From: Felis catus | Taxonomy: Eukaryota | Length of the DNA: 64,000 nucleotides | Direction: 5' to 3' | Assembly: GCF_018350175.1 (NCBI RefSeq) | Contig: NC_058376.1 | Coordinates: forward strand, 115,196,001 to 115,260,000 | Part shown: positions 54,589 to 64,000 of the stretch, piece after piece | Position numbering within the stretch: the first letter of the stretch is position 1 | Layout: every line of letters starts with the position of its first letter | The notes under the pieces: model-generated | The model's input: only the letters and a program-made list of their open reading frames with translations | Told to the model about the DNA's origin: nothing | Database searches by the model: none | Position numbers and translations under genes: made by a program

Positions 54589-55397
54589 GCAGCACTGTAG
54601 AACTAAGTAGAACTCTTTTGCAGATCAAGTTGGGTCCAAGGGCTGTCAATTTATAACCTAGGATCCAGGCCAACTACTTAATTTTACAACTGAGTAAACA
54701 GACTCCAACCACCAGCAAGATTCTGCAGACCCCCATATTGCAGTGTTTTTATATTACACTAAATATTTGAAGCATACCTTTTTTAGAAATCCCCCCTTCC
54801 ATTTCCACATTCAACAACAATCTGTGATGGAGGAATGAGAGATAGTGGGAAAGCAGAGATGCGATGGGCTGAGGTTATTGTTCATCCTTGCTCTCTTGCA
54901 GCCAGGCTGCCCCACCTGGGTGTGCAGGAGGGTAGTCCAGCTCAGAGTATGCGAGCTGTCTCAGAATGTCTAGATGTCACTACCTGCTACACTGTTCCAG
55001 ACAGAAACTTATTTTTCCCTTTTAATTGTTCCATATTGTTTAAGGTACTATTAGCCTTTTAGAGCTGTTGGTGCATTTCGCCAAAGTGATGTCTCCAGAT
55101 GGGTGAATACAACATTGAATCTGCGCTATGTGGGTATTCTTGAATATTACTTTAACATTTATTCAAAAAAATATCATCTAGTACCAAAAGGATGATCAAT
55201 AATGAAAGGGACTGATGTTATTTCATAGAGCCATATTGACCTAATGACCCTGGTTACATAACTAGTAATGAGGTTAAATTTTAAAATATTTTTAATAAGT
55301 GCTGAAAAATATTTATCTTCATTGTCAAGTAAAGTGTTTCTAAAGTGAACTGTGATGCTCCAAGCATGGAATTATCTACACACTGGGTGTATGTGTG

Positions 55398-55595
55398 GTT
55401 TTAATGTTTATTTATTTTTTGAGAGAGAGAGCATGAGCAGAGGAGGGGGAGAGAGAGAGGGAGACAGAATCCGAAGCAGGCTCTGGGCTCTGAGGTGTCA
55501 GCACAGAGCCCTAGCAGGGCTTGAACTCACAAACTGTGAGATCATGACCTGAGCTGAAGTCAGACGCTTAACCGACCGAGCCACCCAGGCGCCCC
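55398..55595 (-). mobile_element. Can-SINE
   Basis: 'gagacagaatccgaagcaggct...gagatcatgacctgagctgaagtcagacgcttaaccgaccgagccacccaggcgcccc'. Confidence 0.95.
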
Positions 55596-56469
55596 TACAC
55601 ATTTATGTTTTTGATACTAATATATTTTCTAAATTAATTCAATACAGGTTTAAAAATACATATAAAAAGTACATAAAAAGAATACATCTGGCATTAACTG
55701 AGGGTGTTATACAGGATTAATAATGAACATGGAGTATTTCTGGTGAGTGGTAACACTTGGCTAGCAGATACATTTCTTTGGCTTCTAGCCCTAATATAAC
55801 TTCCTGGACAAGCTGATTTTTCACTTTTGTTGGAAAAGTAGTTTAGTTCTAGTGAGCATGTTTTGCATTCTGTAATAAAAGGACAGCATGTGCATTTTGG
55901 GTAATTGCTTGGTTAGCTGGAAGAACACAGTTTGTGATTTTATACATAAGACCTTAGATGGGTAGAGTGAGAAGTTGGAAAAATACTAACCTGTGTTTTA
56001 ATTTTATTTTGTGTGAAAAGATCAAACTTCATGCTTTTTCAAACTGTATAGTTTTCAAGGTAAGACAGAAAACAAATATAGAAAATGTTGGTCTGATAAT
56101 GTAAACTTCCTTATAACTCAGGAGATGTCATGCTAAGGACTGTTAGCAGTTATTTTTTTGATAAATCTCTTTGCTAGAATGAAGGAGTAGCAGTCCCTGG
56201 AAGGTAGTGGAATTTGCTCCACAGGCAGAGACAGGCAGGGAAGTAGGGGGATCAAAGTGAGGCGGGAAAGGGCCACATGGCCCATGAAGGCTCTATGCCT
56301 TCAGGAATGCTGCTGTCTTTAGCTGGTAATGACTTCTTAAAGGAAACATTCACCTAAGAATTTTAGTAAATAAGCAAGCATTCAGTATTAGGCTGCTGGG
56401 ATCAAACTCAGGGTCCAGGAAAGAGTATTGTGGGTACAGTGGAAGGAACATCTTAGTATCTTGAGTCTT

Positions 56470-57585
56470 GATGTTTGTTTTCGTCTGAGATACTGTAGGT
56501 TTCATCTCCAGAAATGCAATTGCTGTCTTTTTTATATCTTCCATGTCTCTACCTTTGGTGTTCAAATTTTCTTCTAGCTTCTTGAACATATGAAGTACAG
56601 TTATAATAACCACTTAATATCCTTGTGCACTAATTCTATCATCTGTATCATTACTGAGTCTGTTTCCATGGATTGATTTTTTTTCTCTTTATGGATTGTA
56701 CTTTCCTGCTTCTTTGCTTGCCTGGTAATTTTTGAATGGGATGCTAAACACTGTGAATTTTGCCTTGTTGGTTATTGGACGTTTTGTATCTTATTAAAAT
56801 TTTCCATCTTTGTTCTGGGAAGTAGTTAAATTACTCGCAAACAGTTTGATCCCCTCAGATCTGGCTTTTATGCTTTGTCAGGTGGGACCAGAGCAGCATC
56901 TAGTCTAGGGCCATTTTTTTTTTTCTTATTCTGGAGGCAAAAAACCCTTCTGAGTATACTACCCGATGCCCCATGAATTATACATATGCGCTGAAATGCA
57001 AGGGGGATACTTTGCAGATTATCGGGCTCTTCCTTTGCAAAGCTCTCTACTCTCTGGTGCTCTGCCCTGTGAACTCTAGCTCCTTACCTCTCTGGACTCC
57101 CAGTTCCATCTCCTCAACTCAGGGAGACCTGGGAGCTTCTTCTTAATTCTTCTTTGTGCCATGGCTGGAAACTACCCCCAGGTAGTGAGCTCGGACAATC
57201 ATAGGTTTTATTTCATTTGTTTCTTATCCCTCAGAGATTACTGCCCTTTGTTGCCTGATGTATACTGTCTTGGAAACCATTGTNNNNNNNNNNNNNNNNN
57301 NNNNNNNNNNNNNNNNNNNNNNNNNNNNNNNNNNNNNNNNNNNNNNNNNNNNNNNNNNNNNNNNNNNNNNNNNNNNNNNNNNNNNNNNNNNNNNNNNNNN
57401 NNNNNNNNNNNNNNNNNNNNNNNNNNNNNNNNNNNNNNNNNNNNNNNNNNNNNNNNNNNNNNNNNNNNNNNNNNNNNNNNNNNNNNNNNNNNNNNNNNNN
57501 NNNNNNNNNNNNNNNNNNNNNNNNNNNNNNNNNNNNNNNNNNNNNNNNNNNNNNNNNNATGTGTGTCTGTTAGACTCTATCATCC

Positions 57586-57622
<37 letters not shown>

Positions 57623-57680
57623 GTTGTAGTTTTAGGTAAGAAGATAAGTCTCTTTTACTCTATCTTGATTGGAAGCAGAA
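56470..57680 (-). mobile_element. Ancient L1M 5'/ORF1-region fragment
   Basis: The antisense ORF 56350-56613 'MVIITVLHMFKKLEENLNTKGRDMEDIKKT..FLEMK' resembles the L1M ORF1 N-terminus. Confidence 0.7.
57587..57622. repeat. (TCTA)n microsatellite
   Basis: Read directly from the sequence. Confidence 0.95.
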
Positions 57681-59247
57681 GTTTCTGGGTTTGAGTTTTG
57701 ACCCTACATCTTGTATGCTATTTGATTTTGGAAGAATGCTCAACCTCTTCCTCTTCTTTGTCTATTTATGACATGACGATAATAATATAATGATTAACCA
57801 ATGGAATTCTATACGGGAGAATATGTCATAGTCTATGAGATTAGGCAAAGGAGTATCTATCCATACACTGAAAGTGAACTAAAAAAACAAAACAAAGCAA
57901 AAAAACACTTCAGTGGGATGAACTTTCTCTCTAGCACAAATCACCTGAACCTTTTTCTCTTGCCCGAACACTTGCCTTATTTTTTGCCCTCACTCCAACT
58001 TAATGACCCTGCCCTTTATCTTGCAGACCTACTGGTAAGGGGTCTAAAGGCCAAAAGGCAACATGTCTCCTCTGAGAACCCATGGGTCAAAAAACAGGTT
58101 TATCTGAAACATTTTGCCAAAACTACACCACCATATAATTATAGTACCATTAAGAGAGTCTGTGTAATTTGTGGTTAAAAAATTGATTTTTTTTCTTATT
58201 TCACATTAAAGTAATCACCAAATTCCTGTGAAGTAAAATGCATAACTATAAATTGAGAACATCTGCCCACAATTATAAATATGTAGAACTCATTCAGCTT
58301 ATGATCAGTACGTTGACATTTGAAAAGAAAGTGATTTTTTTTAAAGAAAAGATATCTTTTTCTGACATATTAAAATTCCAACTCAGTAAAGTAATGTGAG
58401 GCAATAATAAAATTGTATGGTTTTCTTTATTGCATGTTTATTTAGGCCAAACCAGTATGAGGCAGCTAGATTAATTACTTTTTTTACCGTTAAGTACTGT
58501 ACATAGTTAATTATTTCATCTAAGTCATGTCTGAGCCAAACCTGTGAATTACTGTTCATGCAGGGCAATGATGATAATTTATGTACTCCCTCCATGCTAT
58601 GGCTTGTTAGTATATTATTTTTGATTTGAAACTAGATGTTAAAAGTTTGCAAGAGGCTTTTAAAGACTACTCTGTGACTTAAGTTCTAAAATTATGGATT
58701 TCAAAATTAAGGTTGACAACATGCTATAATAGGAAGTTATTTAGATGATGGAATTATAATACATTCTGTCTGAAAAATATATTTTCCTGTTTTCTGCTCT
58801 GATCTGTTGACTCTTATGGTTTCAGCTTGTGCTTTTTTTTTCTGCCTGATTTTATGATCTAGATATTACGTTGGGCCCTTAGTAGTTTTTCAACATGCAC
58901 AAAACCTGATCTCACCCACTGTCCCAATATAGCTAATCAGATATTTAACTGTGGCTACATGTGCCCAGTGACTACCAGTGCTTAGAAAGGTGCCCATAAC
59001 CACCACGAACCAACTGAGCTAAACAGATGACATGGAATCCATTTTTAAAATGTATGATCATCTTTATGAAACTTGAGTAACAGGTTCCCAGTGATAATTG
59101 TACATAGTCAAGTGAAAGAGAACTTTAAAAAGTTTTATAAATTCAAAAATTAATTTTTAACATGCCATTAAAGTAAAAAAAAAAAAGATAAAGCATCAGT
59201 AAAAATAAAAACTATAATTAAAAAAAATAAAAGAGATGTTATAAAGT

Positions 59248-59411
59248 CTCCTTGCTACTCCCAGAATAGTTCTGGATGAGCCACATTAGCACCACTGGGA
59301 GTTCACTAGGAAAGCAATCTCAGGTTCCATCCACCCCTACTGAGCCAGAATCTGCATTTCGACAAGATTCTGCAGGTGATTTGTGCATTTATTCAAGTTT
59401 GAGAAACCTAG
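59248..59411. mobile_element. MER5A (hAT-Charlie)
   Basis: 'aatctcagg...cccctactgagccagaatctgcattt..caagat...caggtgattt...aagtttgagaaacc'. Confidence 0.82.
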
Positions 59412-61689
59412 TCTAGAGGGACATTTAATAATCCTTTAAGTTTGTGCATGGGTCCAGTACCTTGCCCTTCACGTAGACTGGAGAGCACCCCAATCAGTGA
59501 GCCCATTCCAGTGGAGTGTGGCTGCCCTTGAAGAGACCTGGGAACATCAAGGTAAGTTTCAGCTGTGTGAGGGTTTCTTGCATTTTCATGGGAACTTTAG
59601 AGGAAGAAGAGTCCCAGTGAGCAAAACTGTGTACCAAGGAAAAGAAATCTTTTTCACATGACACAAATATCTGTCAGGGCCATTCATATAAGAAATGAAT
59701 TGTATGTTAATCTTTTAGAGGAAAATCAATACCAATCCAGACTTCTTGCTGGGACTTTGGTGGGAAGGTCCTTGCTTATTTTAGGAGAACCAAGGAGCAC
59801 CGATAAGGATGGAAGGTGCCTCACGTTTCCTTGGAGCTATGCTTACCTTTTTATTGTTTGTGTGAAATATATGAATTTCATGAGTAATTTTACCTACCAG
59901 CTGTTTGTTTTCTCCTCAAAATGCCTGCACTTGCCTTGCAATTTCCTTTCCTTGCAGAGGCTTTCAAACTGTTCAACCACTAGAGGTCTGTATTACCTAT
60001 TTAAAAAATCATACCCAACTGGCTGAACAGTTCAGTTCTCAATTTCAGTATATGTTTCTATTTTTTAAACTTTAAAATCTTTTTAAGACATAACACCTGG
60101 GAATTAAAAAATCACAACATTTTAGGAAATGAAGGGGAAAACCTAATAGGAACCCTTCCATTTGGAAGGGTATTGAGTCTCCCCCTGTATTTCTAATAGA
60201 CAGCTGAGCACACCTTCATACTCTGAAACTCAGAACTCCATGGCCAGTCACAAATCAGAGGAACACCATTTATTTTCTGCAAAATAGTTTCCCTGATTTA
60301 TTTGAAGATGTCTGTGTTTTGTAACTTTAAATTTTAAAGCATTTATTTTTCTCTTTCAACAAAAGTTATTCTCAGATTTAAGACACTGATTTTGCATCTT
60401 TTATGAAGGTTTTGAAAATAAGATTTTCTTTTATTGGTCACCCGAGATTAGATGAAGAATTAATGTTCTTTCAGACATACTTGATAAAGTTCTGCTGCAA
60501 TCTTCTAAACTAACACATCAGCCTGGGTTTGCATGGTTCAAGCTGTAATAGAGGTGATGACTGTTAGTGGTACCTAGTGCAGATTGGGTCCCCCAGGTTT
60601 TCATGTGTTCCATGTTTACCCAGGGATTTTCACTAGAATAGCCCATTTGGGTCTGCCCTCTGCCAGTAGCAGTACAGGCTCTGAACCTTCCAGAAATCTA
60701 AAAATGAGGCGTCCTGTTTACAAGACACCTGATTAATAATAGTAAAACCTTTCCATAGCCTCATAGAACAGGCCTCCTGAAACAGAGTGCATTCATATAT
60801 TCACATATTTAAATGGAGTGGTTGAAAATATTACAGACATAAAAGCTGTAATTTACAGTGTATTGCACCAGGGGTTTGGGATTCTGATGCTAGATTTTCA
60901 TAGCTTCTAATTATGTCTACATTTGGAGTAAGTGGCTACATTTGTTGCCAGGCAAGGTGTAATGCTAAGAGGCTCCCTTCTTTTAAAAGGCATTATTGCA
61001 TAATGTTCCTGGCCTGCACTGCTTCCAGAAGCATAAGCAGGTCTAGTGTGGCTTCTCTCTCAGTCTGTCACTTTATTAAAACACAACAATTTGCAAGTGT
61101 TATTTAGCAGATCAGCTGGGTTCATTTCAAAGGCTAATATTTAACAGAGAGGGAAATAACCCATCCCAATCCTTTTAAAAAGTATTTTCTGTGTATTCTT
61201 AGGCAAATTGCCTAGTGTCTTACATAGATCTCAAAGCTAGGATTCAAGGATAATTTTAGTAATGTCTTACCCTGCTTGCCAACATAATTCAAATGATCAA
61301 TTCTATAGCAGAAGGAATCTAATTCACAGAGCACTCATTTGTACTACAGACCACATTATTTAAAGTAGTTAAATTTTTCTTCATTTCCTGTTGCATTTCT
61401 GTGTATGGCTGGTGGCATGTGAATTCACAATTAATTTCCTCACTGAAATGTGACAGAAAAATATCTGCTTTACCTTGTCTTCAGCATTCCTGTAAGAGCT
61501 TTGGACTCTCGTATTCAATATGATGCTAGCTTAAACAGGCACCTGGTATCACTATAAACAAATATTGACACGGTGTTCACTTATATACATATATGTAAAA
61601 AAAGTGCTGATGGTGTAGCAGTTAATTAAAAGCAACAGCAGGAAGAACTCAGCCTCTGGAGAATTTGATGAGTTACATCTGGAAAAAAA

Positions 61690-61920
61690 ATGGTCAGAAC
61701 CAGGGTGTTGGAGTCAGTCCCAAATTCCAGTTCTGTTCCTGACATTGGTTAGCAAAGCGGGCCCCTTAGGCTCAGTGTCTGTGAAGAAATGAAGCCAATA
61801 AGACCACCTGGCCTATGGGGTTTGTTTGTTGGCGGATTAAGTAACAAAATGCGGATGAAGTGCGTGACCCAGGGCCTGATCCAGTAAGTGTCCAGTTAAT
61901 GGATGTTAACTATTATTTTC
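61690..61920 (+). mobile_element. Degenerate MIR
   Basis: 'ttggagtcagtcccaaattccagttctg...ggattaagtaacaaaatgcggatgaagtgcgtgacccagggcctg'. Confidence 0.55.
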
Positions 61921-64000
61921 TCTGCTTCTTTGGGTCCACATTTATAAAATAGCAATATAATACTATGGCAACAATCATAGTTATCTCTTAAGTGTTGCTC
62001 TGAGAAGTAAGATTATGTACATGAAATAGTACCTGGCATGGTTGCTTCCCCAAACTGGTCTCCCAAAGTTTTCACCCATAAAACTAAATTGCAAGTTGGG
62101 AGAATTTCAAGGATGATTCATTCCTGAATTTGAGACTTTTTTTTTTTTTTTAACTTTTTTGAGTGAGAAGATTTGTCATTTAGATTCTTTAAGTTTTACC
62201 TACTTTTTCTGATCTGGATGATGACTTAAATTTGTGAGCCTACCAGATTAGAAGATAAAATACTGCATTGAAACAATAGTTAACTAGAGACAGAAATTAT
62301 TTTCAGGGAAGTTAAAAAACTGAAATTAAGAATCTGTTCAACTTCAGGGAATGGAAAGGAAAAACATGATGGTGCTTAAAATACTATTTTCAAACCTTTC
62401 ATTATTCTGGCCCTAGCAATTGAGGAAACTTTGTTTTCCCCTAAATGCTGTATAGTAAGTATCTCCTTTCAGGAGAGAAATCTGTGGGAGAGGGATTTGA
62501 TGGAAGCTGTGACTAACTAGCTTTTTATTAGGGACCGAATACTGATTAAATTACAGGCATTATTTTAACTCAACTTGTCTTCCCAATACTATTGGGATTT
62601 AGAATTAGAATTGCTGTATTTTGCAATGAGTGCTGAAGAGAACAAAGACCAGCTACTGACATACAACTGAAAAGGTTTTTCTCAGCAAAGGACTAGACTT
62701 GGCAGTTTGGCCTTTATGCAGCGATTTCCAAGGACACACTGGAGTTACAAAAGAGGTACATGCTTTCTGAAATCAGAGGCACTCACCTGGGCAGAAGTCC
62801 ACATCAGTTCAAACTGACTTTCATGTTTTTGTGTGAGAAAAGGAAAACCTCTCATTTAAAGTTATGTATTGGATATTCTTAAAATGTTCTAGTTCCTTGC
62901 CAGGCTGATTTTATGGGATGTCATTGACACGAGGGGTACTGGGAAATAAATTCCTGTACTGTTATAAATAAATAACTATTTGTACTATTAACTAGCCTTA
63001 GGACCTGAAATTATACCAGAAGTTCTTTTTGGATCATATTTCAGTTTAGAGAGCCAGCCACACATCAGCAGTTAAGGGCTGAACCCCCATATCTTTCTGT
63101 CAACTCAGCACCACCCCATTTCCAGGAATCTCCTGAAATTACCGCCACTTTGGAAATCAAATCATCATTTCCACTTCTGAGTACATTAAAACTCTCCACA
63201 TGTGCAGGAGAATATACAGAAACATTCACTGTAGCGTTGTTAACCAGCCATTGAGTACTGCTTTTCTAGAATAAAGGAAGTTGCATTTTTTTTTTTTTTC
63301 TCATTCTGGTCATGATCACTTTAATTTATTACTCTTGGGGAAGTCTCTAATGGAGACCTATAGAGCAGCTGGCCCATTTGGGAGAAGCGTGACATCAGAG
63401 ATGCTTGTCTCTTCCTTGGCTTCATCTGCTAGAAATAGTAACTAAGTCCTTTGCCTATGCTGGTAGGAGAGGAGCTGTAGAAAATCAAATTAGCAGGAAA
63501 GAAACTATTAGTCTTCATTTTCTTGTTTCCAACCTGCAAATACAGATTGTTAAATACACTTGTTCCCTAATGCTCATTAGGAAATCTTGAAGAATAGCCG
63601 GACAGGAAAAAAGCATGGGGATTATGAGCAAACAATACCACTAAAATATAATGCAAAGTCAGGATCGTTGCTTCTCATTCAGACGATCTCACATGTTTAA
63701 GGTTGGTTGAATTTGAAATTTTCCATTAGATAATTTCATACCTAGTTATATGTAGACTAATGTCACATTTACAATCCCAAATGTATCTTTTTATTTAGAG
63801 TTTTCTTTTTGTTGGACTTGAAGTTAAAATAGCTGAAATGGGATTATCAATATATGAAATCATTTTCCATCTGGTAGTATCCCTAGGACTTGTTAAGTTC
63901 ACTGGTGTTAAGTTCACTGGAATATTTGTTTGTCTAAGAATGCAGAGCTTTTACTAAAAATAATCTAATGGCAATGTTGTGTAGCTCCAACTCTTTATTG

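Overview
Mammalian genomic DNA, almost certainly from a feliform carnivore (probably a felid), judged from SINEC_Fc-type SINEs and carnivore L1. It is a draft assembly with about 10 N-gaps. The only protein-coding gene is AGTR1 (angiotensin II type-1 receptor) on the minus strand: the single coding exon (CDS 36787-37875, acceptor at 37922-37923) and its 3'UTR running to ~35910. Positions 37922-64000 are AGTR1 intron and contain a recognisable 58-bp orthologue of the human alternatively spliced, MIR-derived exon 3 (47871-47928). The promoter and first exons appear to lie beyond the window. Positions 1-35900 are downstream intergenic DNA rich in L1, L2, MIR, MLT1, MER20 and Can-SINEs. I see no novel multi-gene system, CRISPR array or RNA gene. 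The best second-look items are: a stop-loss extending AT1R by SHT; S136A; a disrupted miR-155 seed next to the human A1166C position; exon 3 acting as a uORF rather than a long-isoform start; a perfect 70-bp duplication ending in a fold-back hairpin; an L1 whose poly(A) end is replaced by an inverted piece of itself; a SINE micro-fragment at a tandem-duplication junction; a duplicated DR3 nuclear-receptor array; and a CTCF+ETS site. Comparisons to human AGTR1 and to repeat consensuses are from memory and need alignment to confirm. Boundaries of old repeats are approximate.
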